Source: Eledone cirrhosa
Taxonomy: Eukaryota
Direction of reading: 5' to 3'
NCBI GenBank assembly: GCA_964016885.1
Contig: OZ024742.1
Location: 72,354,001 to 72,418,000 of the forward strand
Length of the DNA stretch: 64,000 nt
The position numbers and the translations under genes are program-made. Positions 12,760 to 25,300 of the stretch are shown here, one piece after another; the first letter of the stretch is position 1; each line of letters starts with the position of its first letter. The notes under the pieces are model-generated. The model was given only the letters and a program-made list of their open reading frames with translations. It was not told the origin of the DNA and did not search any database.

Positions 12760-13750
12760 CTAAGACACATCATTTTACCAATTTCATTGACAAAGATGTT
12801 CAGTGAGAGCGGCGTGAAGTTCCGAAGACTTGACATTGAGGAACTGGGCCTCTTTCTTAGATTTACCTGTGATAGAAAGTGCTTAGCTGTTTGTACCCAA
12901 GTTGACCAGTGAGGGGCAGATCCCTTGCCATCGCCTCCCATAAAAAGATGGAGTGGGTGGACCAGAACCATACAGACGCCCGAAAACCGTGATTAGGTGA
13001 GAAAAATGATCGCACATGCGATAGGAGTAAGTACTAAAAGTACTCCAAAGGGCCACATGCTCAAATTTAATAACAAAACATACATCCAAGAAGTGGGGGT
13101 GACCAACGTGGCCAACCTGTTTATGGTGTGATGGAACAAGAACCTCAAGGAACGCTTAGTAGAGAGCTCCATAGCCCTAACCATGTAATCCCGCTATATA
13201 GATGGTATTAATATAGTCATAAAAAGTACCCAGACTAGAAGCTAACACCATGGAGAGCATCCAGTAAATAGCTAACTCCATCCACTAGAGTATTAAGGTA
13301 ACGATAGACTATCCGACTAAGCATCCCAGCTGCACATTTGCCGGACTCTGGCTGGAAACGAAGAATGACAAAACCTAAATCCTCCATTCGCAAACCAATG
13401 GCCTCCAAATACCTGATCTACCGGAGCTCAACAATCTCAAATAATACTTGATAGCGGACCTAGTAAGGGTGATGAAAAACGTGTCCCGCATGTGTGATCC
13501 AACAAAGTTAGAGACACATACAGCACTTCATCCAGCGTAGGCAGTTCTCCGGATACAACCAAAGTGACAGGATCAGAGTGTACAATTGAGCCATGACAAA
13601 ATTCAAAACTTTCATAGATAATGATGCGAATAAAATTTGCCTGTTACACATGAGCAAATCATGGAATAGTATAGAAGGGACTAAGTGGAAGATAAGGACG
13701 GCAAACTTATGGTATAACAGCACAAAATACCAGTGTTATGTTCGTCGACA
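12760..13750 (+). pseudogene. Decayed Penelope-like element reverse transcriptase
   Basis: Manual translation across stops and frameshifts gives DIEELGLFLRF, HMLKFNNKTYIQE, NVANLFMV*W, SRYIDGINIV (Y-x-D-D box decayed), IANSIH*SIKVTIDYP and RKPMASKYLIYRSS. These resemble Neptune-type PLE RTs. Confidence 0.7.
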
Positions 13751-14461
13751 CTACCCTTAGAAGCGATCTAGCGTATCAATGTAGATAAACTGAACCTAAG
13801 AATTATAAAGGGTAAAGAAGGGGATACCAGCATAGGTAGTAGTAACCTTGCAGTGAAAGGGAGCTGTGTTGTGGTTGAAGTGCTGATGGAAGAATTGCTG
13901 TCGGGCCCTTGTCAACAGGGCCGAAGATTTTTTGCTAAGCCCTACATTTCGTTATTTGCTTGAGCAGATCGAAGTGATGCTAACTCCCGCTGAGGAAACG
14001 ATTCCAAGCCGAATTACATAATGTCTCCTAACATTACCTAATTTCTGCGAACGGTGGTTCCAGTCGGACTACCGTTTGCAGATCGAAATCATAAAACTGA
14101 TGCATCGATCCGGGAACCTGGAAATTTCAATTTCCTACCCACATGAAGTCGTTTTTCTTACCGATTAACATAAGTGTACACTCTAGTTGTTAGGTTTACA
14201 TTTTAATAATACAAACTTAATTAAATTATTTAGTGAGTGAGAAAACAACCGAGGCTGAGTCAATTCTATTTGACAAGCTTTGTGTCTTAGTTATTTTTAT
14301 ATATATAGTTTAGCTATATATTAGACTAAGAAAAGTCTGGTGAGCTTTTGATTTCACAGTCGGGTCCAATCTATAGAGATCAAACCTTGAGCTGATCAGT
14401 CGCGAAACACGCGTTACACCTAAACTTAATGAAAATTTGACACCTTGTCCATACTTATTAG

Positions 14462-14518
<57 letters not shown>

Positions 14519-14865
14519 TAAGCATATACTACTCCCATAATTGATTGGACTGCTATAGAATGAGTTAATGAGCTATTTCTAGCTCTCCCATCAACCTCTT
14601 TGCTGTCCACTTGACGCCAAAAAAGCAAATATAATGCTTATCTTATAACAGATACGAGTCAGTTCTTCGACTGATCTCCTAATGAACAGCTTAAATTTTA
14701 TTGTGCTAGAAATAAAACTTACCTACTAAAGAAACTCTGAGTCTTTGGAGTTGCTAATTTTATTTTGTTTATTTTAACTATGGAAATTAGTGATTTTTTT
14801 TCTCTATGGTTCGAAACCGTTGTATAGATATAATTTATAGTATAAGTAACAAATTTATATACTGA

Positions 14866-17800
14866 CTAGCAGAGGCACTTGGCATTGCTCGGGAATGAAA
14901 TTGTTCCTTATATATTAGAAGAAAAAAGCAAAATATATAGATATTTGTTATTCTAAATTCAATTTATTCTTCAATTGGGATACATAACGAAATCAATTCT
15001 GAATTCATAATACAAAAAAATAATAAATAATTAAAAACGAAAATACAAAATTTACCACTTTTATGAAGTGAGATAAATTCTATCACATATGTTGAAGGAA
15101 ATTCTGGGTAAATAACATTCTTTGTTTTCTGGTTAGGAGCATAGTCAAATAAGTTTTGTAAACTACCCACCCTGGAGCAACCAACATAAAGTTGACCACG
15201 AGAAAAGCAAGGCTCAATTAAGTGCAAGCCAGTAGATTTCAAAGTTTGACCTTGAGCTTTGTTAATAGACATTGCGAAGCAAAGTCGCACTGGGAATCGT
15301 GTTCGTTTGAACTCAAATGGCATAGCTGTTGGTTTGATTGGAATTCTTGAAATGAAAACATCTTCCCCAGAGGCAGACTCAGTGGTGATGGTAGCTTCTA
15401 TCACATTTGGTGATAATGTCTTCACAATCAACCTTGTCCCATTGGATAATTTAGGAGGATCTAAATTTCTTAGAAGCATTATTGGGACTCCTACCTTCAG
15501 AAAAAGTTTATGTGGGGGAGTTCTAGATGGCTCAAGAGAATTAAGGAACTCTGTTGGCTAGTGAACAACCTGATTTTCATTAAGGACTCAGTCAACTGAT
15601 TTGTACTCCTTAATGACTGTTGGAATCTTATTTATTAATTCATTATTAATCCTTGCTACTGTCTCATTTTTTTTAGCAAGAATTGCCCTTTCACATAACC
15701 ATTTATGCGAATTATAATTATTACTTAAGTCTGGAAATGCCCTGTTCTTCAATTCAGCTGGGGAATTCACCATTATAACAATATGAATCAAATTGATATC
15801 ACCATTCCCATCAATTGGTACTTTCCTATTTCCTATTTGGAGGAGCCGGATTGAAAACTGGTCTGTACATTGGCCCCCATGTAATAAAGCTCGTATGTTA
15901 GTATTGAAGGAGAATTTCTGTACTTTATTCCATAGGTGCGAAGACTTAATGCATGCTTTTATTTCATCGGCTCTTGTTCCTCTCGGAATGATTGGTAATG
16001 TCTGTCTGAAGTCTCCTGATAAAACTAACGTAACTCCTCCCATAGATTTATTGTTGTCTCTTATGTCCTGTTAGGTCTTATCAAGAGCTTCCATTCCACC
16101 TCTATGTGACATGGTGTATTCATCCCAAATGATCAGGTGGCATTGGTGCAACACTTCTGCTGAACTTGAACCTTGTTACAAATTGGACTGTCATTTGTGA
16201 CCAGGTTTAGCGGTAATTTAAAAGCAGAATGAGCTGTTCGTCTTCTTGGGAGAAGGTTGGCAGCAATTCCAGACGCTGCTACAGCAACTGCAATTCTTTT
16301 TTGTTGCCTTACCTTGGAGAGAAGCAATGTTGTTACAAATGTTTTACCTGTACCACCAGAAGCATCAAGAAAGAAAATTTCTCCGCTTTTTTCTCTGACT
16401 GACGAAATAATTTTATCATATGCACAGTGTTGTTCTGGAAGAAGTTTAGGTTCATGTTCATTCACAAATGCAGCCAACTCTGTGATATCATAATTTGTCT
16501 CACTTGCTTATGTCTATTGAAGTTAAATCACTAATTTGACGGTTTGTTTTTGGCAGTCCAGAACCAGACTCTTGCAAATTTTTGCCTCCCATGACCAAAA
16601 CTTGATCCTCAATTTCAATCAGTGCTTGGTTAAAACTTTTTCAGAGAACTGAATATTGATATCTGGGTTTGCCTGTTGAACTGCAGACTTTAAGTCCTCA
16701 GCCATGTCCTCATGATGTTTCATCCAAAGCTGTAGAGGACTGTCAAGTTGACACATGTTCAGCATAATTGCAAAAAGGTTACGGAGTTTCCTTGGAGAAT
16801 CTGTCACTGATGCTTCAGTCAACGCAAGGTCCCAATGATCATCATTTTCTAAAAAAAACCCTTGTTGATAGCATGCTTCCCCATCAGTTTCACACACATC
16901 TTGGAATGATTTGGGACCACATACTTCATGCAAAAGGAACCGTCAGTAGTAGTATTCTGCTTGGTTTGGCTGGACACTATAAACTCTTGCAAGAGCATCA
17001 GATCCACGTTTCCTCTTGTGTCATTTATTGTTTCTCCGGGTGTAATACTTGGGTAATTCTAGGTAAAGGAGTTTTCTTGCATCTTCATCTTCTTGACACA
17101 ACTTAAAAAAGGCAGTAAGGGTAATTTTCTTTGGAGAAAGTGCTTGTTGCAAGGCTGTTTGTTTTGTAAAGATAACCCTTTGGCCATTCTCTAGATGGAC
17201 ACTCAGATGAATGATGGCTGGGTGCTTCTCATGAATGGGAAAATTGAAGATGTGCCAAAAAGCCTCATTGTTACTGATGTATCTTCCTCTCTCATACTGT
17301 ACAACTTCGTCATTTTTATTTATCTGCTGACTGCCATTCTGCATAAGAGTGTCTGTTGCAGCATCTAAACCTTTGTTTATATATTTGCAAACATACTTAA
17401 TAGACCTAACAGAGTTGCAGAATTCAATTGATATGGGCTTTGAAGGTTTTTGTAAGAAGAGGACAGTAGGGTACAACCCACCGATTGTCAATGATGAATT
17501 TTTGCCCATTTCTCATTTTTCTTTTCGAAGTAAATCCACGATGCCCAGGTTTTCTTCTCCTGTAAAGGGGGTAGCCACCTTCTCCATTTGGGTTTCTTGT
17601 ACAGAGGGACGTGGGAAGTTCTTGGTACACTTATTATCCCTCATGCATGGGGAGGATGGATTAATTGAACCACAGGGCCCATGAATCATCTGGGACTTGA
17701 CAATTTCATGCAACAAAGGATCTTGCTGTGGACCAGTCAGTTCAGCTGAGATAAATAAATCAATATCATTTGGCCGAAGTTTTTCATGAAACCAAATCAA

Positions 17801-19615
17801 AATGTGGGCATGTAGCAATCCTCGTTTTTGCCATTAAGTTGTGTACATGTCACATTTGACTGGTCCAAAGACTTTTTTATGAGATCCATCAGTTTTATGA
17901 CTTTAAGTCTGAACACCCTAGCTATAATATCATGGCGTTCTTTGGGCTCTTGAAGATGATAAAGCTCACTCTTTATTTCATATGTTCGGTTACATGTGAA
18001 TGTAATGAAGAGGTCTGGACGACCATAGTGTCTGACATATGTAAGTTCATCTTGGGTACGATCATGGATATACCGTGGACTTCCGGTAAAGCTTGATGGA
18101 AGAATGACACAAAGCTGTCCAGTGTTATCAGCAGCCAATGCTCCTTCATTACTGAATGCATCTCTCAGGTGAATGTAATCTGACGCACGGAGATCTTTCT
18201 AGTGTGTTCTAATGTAAGGAAGCCTTTCTCCTTCAATTTTTGCATACATATCAACTGCAAATTGCTGGAAAAGCTCACGTGAACGATGAAGAATATTGAA
18301 GTCTTGCTCTCTTAATATGAAAAGGAAAGCATAGAATTCCATGCAGCTTATTGTTTTTGTCAGTGCAGGAGCTCTTGATTTAATATGTTTTTTTTTATAC
18401 CAAAGTGATATCCATCTTGGCCAAATACACAGATTAATGAATACTGGAGTGCATCATATTATCCGCTTATTTCCTCTTCCTTGAATAATAATATCTCTCT
18501 TCCCATACTCGTCGCCTGTAATAATTGCTGCTACTTCATTTGTGGCAGGAGCATTGTAGCGGTCTCTGTATTCCGCAATAGGCTTTTTGTCTGCATCAAT
18601 AACTATATTGTATCCAGTGGGTCGTACAGATTCTAATGCATACTTGAAGCTTCTGATGTAGCTATTGTTTGCATGCAACATATCTTGCAGATCAAAGATT
18701 AACCCTTCTTTCAAATTTGGACGGTTAAATGACCGTTGCAAAGCCTGCTTCTTGTAATTTGCCACAAAATATAGCTGTAAAAACTAAGGATGTTTGCCTT
18801 CAGTTGGCAAAAAAAGACCTAATACGAGGGTTTACTTGACTTTGAACTTTAAAAGTTGGTTTCATGTTCCCTTCTCTTATAATATTGCTACCAAAAGAGG
18901 TCATTTGGAAAGCAGAATTGTAATTCCTAATGTTTCCCAAGAAGTGCATGCTCCTTGGTGTGCCTTTAAAGTATCTGGGGGTGTACCAAACGTCGGTAAA
19001 AAAACCGTTCCTCCACCACAACACATAGTGAGGGTTTCTCTTTCCCATTTCTTTGCTTTAGAAAAACTGCACTTTTGACATTGCCCCAATATCAATCAAT
19101 TTCTTTGTTGAATAATCATGCTTTGGGTCATAGTTGAAAGCTGAACTTTTCCAAATCCCTTTGAAAGGTGCAACTCTTTTGTCAAACGTATTCAGCCTAT
19201 CTTGATCAAGTCACTTACGTTTTTCCTCTGGGGATTGGCAAAGTCTTGCAGCAACTGTTTGCTCCTAGATTGTTCTTTGTCTAATCTCTCGCTGACCTAT
19301 TGTCTCATTGGCAACTCTGGCAGCTTGTCTTTGTCTTGCACCCTTTAAACGTTTTTCTCTTTCCTTTCTTGACTCTTGGCTCCTGCGGATTGCATATTGT
19401 TGACGTAATTGTTCTAACAGTTTTTTCCCATACCTCTTGTGACTCATTGGCCCTGCATGCAGTTGCTCTCCTCCGATCGTTTTCATGTATTTTCTGTCGT
19501 TGTTAAGGCGTCTCTAGTGACTTACTCAGGCTACTTGTACTCGTGTTTGCTTCACTGTAGAATACTGATTGTCTACATATACCCCGTCTCCTCTTGTAGA
19601 GAGTGAGAACATTTT
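14866..19615 (-). mobile_element. Helitron with degenerate Rep-Pif1 helicase ORF and intact 3' terminus
   Basis: Rep motifs PDLFITFTCN, LHAHILIW and KYVCKYINKG. Helicase motifs DASGGTGKT, GDFRQTLP, LLRNL..NGTRL and [11 protein letters not shown]. The minus-strand 3' end reads CCCGAGCAATGCCAAG..CTAG|T (CTAG at 14866-14869). The 5' end is undefined (beyond 19615). Confidence 0.92.
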
Positions 19616-20444
19616 TCTCGGAAACTATTTAGAAATTGAAATGGCGATTAAATTTTAAAATGAGTGAAAGTTACGCGAATATCTTCATAAGAGTGATTGA
19701 AATAAATAGCGATTGTGGAACACCGCGCGCACGCATGCACACACACACGCACGCATGCACGTACGCACACCACACTCACACATGTTGATAGTTTTTACTT
19801 TCTGTGGAACGCCGCACACAGTCACACGCACACGCACACATGTTAATAGTTATTGCTTTCCTTCCCCTCTTATTTTCTCACACATCACGCACATATGTAT
19901 CTACACTGACACATATACAATGTCCAATATACAGCGTCTCTCTCTCTCTCTCCCGCTATCCTCCTCTCTTTTAACTTCTATAGAACATACATACAGTATC
20001 AAACACACAGCGTCTCTTTCTCAACTTCTCCTACAGAAACTTGTTCTCTCTCTGTTTCTTTTCTCTCTGTCTTTTTCTCATTCTGTGTTTCTGTCGCTCA
20101 CACATATTCTCTCTCACCCTCTGTAACACTTCCTCTCTTTTAGTCTGTCTGTTTGTTTCTCTCTCTCTCTCTAACTCATACACTCACACTCTCTCTAACT
20201 CATACACCCACACTATCAAAAAACGTTGTGACGGATGAGGAGATGGAGGAGGATAATTATCTTCGTTTGTTCCGTTCATTGCCAGGGAAAGTCTCCACGA
20301 ACCATCTACTAGAATATTAGTCCACGACTTCCTTTATACCATAAACGTGGTTTTGTCTTTGCGTGTAATTGTTTTCACCGCTCCAAATAATTGTTTCTAC
20401 TTTAGGCACAAGGCCAGCAAATACCCAGTGCATTACTGGTACTT

Positions 20445-20508
<64 letters not shown>

Positions 20509-20794
20509 TTATTTATTAAAATAACAGATTAAATTATTATTATTACTATATATATATATATATATATATAGTATTAAGGATACTATTTATGGTTATGCAA
20601 ATACAAAAACCTTTTGTAGTTATATATATTTTTACAAACCCTAAATAGTGATAGGCAGTAATATATTACTACCTTATTACCAGTAAGTTAAATAGCTCAA
20701 TGTACTAACATCAGATGTTTTACAGAGCAGTTATATATAAGTTATAAGAATCAATATATATATATTAAAATTACCCAGTGCATTACTGGTACTT

Positions 20795-20849
<55 letters not shown>

Positions 20850-20949
20850 AATTAGTTTATTTCATTCTAGCTAACTTCGTCTTTTGCAATACAAACACTT
20901 TCGTGTTTATCATATATTAATTTATATTAACTTGTATATATATATATAT

Positions 20950-21130
20950 ATTAAAATAACAGATTAAAGTTTAAGCAAAGAATCGCTGCTTTCACCCTTA
21001 ACGGAATCTTCTGAAACTAACAAAGTCAATCTGTGAACGCAGAAGTGAATATTTCAAAAAACGTTACAACTGGAGGAAGACAGGAAGACGATGCTTTGGT
21101 ACGTGGAAACGTTCCCTGGCAAAGAACGGG
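20950..21130 (-). repeat. Dispersed repeat (also at 38985-39160, partial at ~20270-20310 and ~39340-39400)
   Basis: The reverse complement of 20965-21125 aligns by eye with 38985-39150 (GCCAGGGAACGT...GAAAGCAGCGATTCTTTGCTTAAAC). Confidence 0.75.
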
Positions 21131-21140
21131 AAAATATATA

Positions 21141-21593
21141 TGTAGCCCTCTCTAGACAAAGGGAAGTAGCCAAAGTTACTTCCCATGGAATTTCTAGAAT
21201 ACTCCTTGAACTTCCGTTTCAGAGATTATAAAAGAAGGAGCAAAGGACAATCTACCTCTTCTTCACCTCTTGGCTGCCTGGCCTTAAGGACAGGCATGGT
21301 TACGCCAAAGGTATACACTCTCTTTCACCAACGGCTCTAGAACTGACCACACCAAGCACAGATGCTAAACTTTTTCTAATCCTATCCTATCCCTCAGGAT
21401 TACACCACATCATGGCACGAGGTACGTTTCACTACCAAAATTGTAACAAGCTACTTCAATAAATGCAAATCTTTACTGATACACTTTTCCGAAGTATTCG
21501 TCATGTTTCAATTACTACATCATCATTTCTTTTACATCTTCTAAACAAATTAAATTAGTGGTTGGCATGTAGTGGTATTTACTGGAGTAAATA

Positions 21594-21597
<4 letters not shown>
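21141..21597 (+). mobile_element. Solo/truncated LTR related to the LTR at 7966
   Basis: Starts TGTAGCCCTCTCTAGACAAAGGGAAGTAGCCAAAGTTACTTCCC and contains TATAAAA and AATAAA. It ends at GAGTAAATAACC (also at ~8384) where a (TA)n tract cuts it. Confidence 0.75.
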
Positions 21598-21640
<43 letters not shown>

Positions 21641-22332
21641 TATATATTCTTATATATACAAACATATTGAATATATTATTTACATTCGAACCGTTATATA
21701 CACCTGTATTTATATTTGAATTAATATTGTTGTTATTATATATATTTGTGTGTATAAATATAAACTGACAAACACAAATACACTCATATACATTCACACA
21801 AACACACATATACATTCACATAAACACACAGCCACATACATTCATGCAGAGTGTTTGGAAGTTTGTTGGTTGTTCTTGCCGTAGTTTTTTCACCATCGCT
21901 CTTCCTTCCTTTTACACACACATACACTCACACAAAGCTTTGTGCAAAAGTTGAAACGCTGTTTTTTTTTTTTTTGTTGTAGAATTTTCACCACCGCACT
22001 TCTATGTGCACTGACACACGGGCAACTTTCGACTTTTATTTATATAGATTACTTTTCTACCTTGTCATATGTATTACAAGATATAATTAATGTTGTTTCT
22101 GTAATATTGTCGCATGAATATGTTCTGATATTAGGTTTTTTTGCATTTAATTTCCATTGACATTTTACAGGACAACGAAATCGAGATGTTTTTTCGATCT
22201 ATTTTTTCTTGTTCATATATATAAGGCACTGTGTTGGGCCCACTTCTTTTCATCATCCACATTAATGACATTACTGACATCATCAAGCACAGCAACATAA
22301 GAATCTTCGCAGGTGATTCCAATCCAAAGGGT

Positions 22333-25300
22333 TTTAGGAGATTAGTATCGGTGTACATATATGCATTATCAGAAATGACAATAAATGCCGGTGTGTGTTG
22401 TGACAAGGTTTTTACTTCACAGAAGTCAAATGGATTAATATAAATAAATGGTTACCCGTTGGTCACAACTCCTAGGCTGAAGTGTGTGGAGAAGAACAGA
22501 GATCTTCTCTTGGAGGTGTTAACATCTTCTTAGGCTGCCGGTGGCATTCTTCTTTAGTGGCGAAGGAAATGAGGGAGGAATTCTTCTTCTTGATGGCGAA
22601 GGAAATGAGAGAGGAGTCATCTCATGACAAGGTCGTAGGTGTTAACACTTTGGGATTCAAGAGGCGAGAGAGTGAGATCGCCCTGACCTGTCCCTTTTAT
22701 AGGGTCCGGACGGAAGTGACAAAAAGGGTTCTGCCATCCCAACAGGAAGTAACTCTAGCTACTTCCTGTCTAGAGAGCGGTGATGTGATTGTCATAACAA
22801 GGGAGGCAACTCTTGCTACATTAACCCCCGCCAGATTTTTAAAATATAAAAATCGAATGAAACATGTATGGAGTAAGATGGCGAGCATGTAACAGGCATG
22901 AAAATTACGAAAAAAAATAATGTTTGCAATAAAAGAAAAACAGCAAAATATATGCATGCAAAAATCAATGATAGATATCAAGGTAGCCAACCGCTCTTGG
23001 CCAGAGAACTATCTATCCATCACTCAAAGATACAACGTAATCAAAGTAAAAGAAGAGGTCTAAGTTCAAATTTTCAAAATACAGTTCACATGTGTGCAAT
23101 CACATGACAGCAGGAAAGAAAGTGTGTTCCAGAGAATGAATGCAGGTGGTTTCTGTTCTGTGGTATAACGTGAAATTTCCACATCCGAAGGGATTTTCTC
23201 ACAGGAAGAGTGCTGCAAAAATAAATTCTCTGGCTTGTTCTGCTGGTTTTGGTTGTTGATGAAGCTGTGTTGTTGTTGATGTTGTTGTCTCGCGGAGTGA
23301 GCTTTATACGATGTTTAAATTCACAGTAAAAATTTTCCCAGAAAAAATGAGTTTCGCAAAGTGCTAGAAATAACAGCCAAAGTTGATGGTCGATGTTGAG
23401 AATGCGTTGACCTGGAAGGGTCAAGAGGCCAGCGACCAAAGAAATAAGCATTCTGAATAAATGCGCAGTTTTCAACGGCAGATTTACGTGGTAAATTTTT
23501 AAACCGGCAAATAGGAGAATATAGCTTAAGGCTGGAGAATCCTTGGCGAGAAACATTATCCATGGCGTGTGGTATCTCAGTGAGTCGAGATGTGTGCTGC
23601 CTACACGTGCCGAAACAAGGTTAAGTTGAAAAAAAAATATTTCTATTGTGCGAGAAAATAGCGCGAAAATGATAGTGCAACAGGTCGTTGGCAGCCATTT
23701 TGAAAAATGTGTGTGAACGTGACAATATGATGAAAAAGAAAGAAAGGCTTCACTTAGTATAACAAATATGGCGAGTTCAACTTTTTTGTGAACGATGAAA
23801 AATGCTTGGCGGAAAGAATAAGCAATAGTTGAGATTCAGCGAAAATAAGTGTTCATGTTGAAATGTGTAAAAAAAAAAAAAAATCAAATTTCTTTTTTTG
23901 TTTTTTTAAATGTTCGTTGTAAGAAGAAACGAAAAACATATATATACATCCAGTGAAATGGTAATGAGAGGTACATAGTAATACAATAAAGAAATAAATA
24001 AAAAGAACAACAAAAAAAATAATAAGGCTCCAGTGGCCAGTTCACATGAAAACAGTTTGGCAGAACTTTTTGGGCCAGTGGACTCTCCGACCGGAACGGG
24101 TCGTAGTCTTGTATGTAGGTGAAGGTGGGGCAGAAGGGGCAGGTGTATGCACAAGAGAGAAAGATTGGGGTATTTGTGGCTCGGGTGTATGAGCGTCATT
24201 GTGTGCCCTTTTTAGTCTATCCACCGAAATTGTCTCTCTGGACCCCTTAACGTCTACAGTGAAATTTTTGTCAGTACGTGCTAACACACGGTAGGGTCCA
24301 GAGTATGGTTGTGTGAGGGGTGGTCTCACAGCATCGTTCCTTACGAACACATGGGTCCACGAGGCAATATCCCTCGGGACCATAGGTTTTACAGTTTGTT
24401 TCCTCGTATCCATCGGCGGCAGGTCCTGAAAATAAGAACGCAGACGGGATACGTAGGAAAGTGGATCTTGGAAAGCAAGATCAACAGAGGCAAGCATTTG
24501 CCCAGGCAACGCTAGAGGAGCACCGTAAAGTAATTCGGCCGGGGAGAACCCCAGGTCCTCCTTTATTGATGACCGAATTCCTAACAACACAATAGGAAGG
24601 TACTCGCTCCAACGTTGAGTCTGGATAGGTGCGAAGAGCGGCCTTTAATTGGCGGTGGAATCGTTCCACCATTCCGTTTGAAGCAGGATGATAGGCTGTG
24701 GTCCGAATCCGTTGAGCTCAGAGAAGAGATGGGACTCGAATTGTCTACCACGGTCTGTGGTGACTGTAGTTGGTACCCCAAAGCGGGTAATCCACCCTGA
24801 TACCAGGGCACGTGCTACAGTCTCAGCAGTCATATCTTGTAAGAGGATGGCTTCAGGCCATCGCGAAAAACGATCGACACAGGTCAATATGTATGAATAT
24901 CCACTGCTGAATGGCCAAGGTCCAACGAGGTCAATGTGTATGTGCTGAAACCGAGCATCAGGGGTACTGAAAGTACCAAGTGGAGTCCGGATGTGTCTAT
25001 GGATTTTCGATTTCTGGCAAGCGATGCAGGAACGGCACCAAGCAGCAATGTCGCGTCTCATATTTGGCCAGAAGAATCTGGCTGTTATGAGCTTTATTGT
25101 GGCAGCAGATCCTGGGTGAGAAATGTTGTGCAAAGCCAGGAACACAATTCGACGGTGAGTCTCAGGAACAAGTGGTCGTGGTGAATCCGTAGATACATCA
25201 CATAGAATCTGCCTGTCGGTGGTGGACAAGGGCAGATATTTGAAAATGCAAGTCGCAAATTCAGCAGAAAGAGTGTCCAACGATTGGAGTGCAGGCTGGT

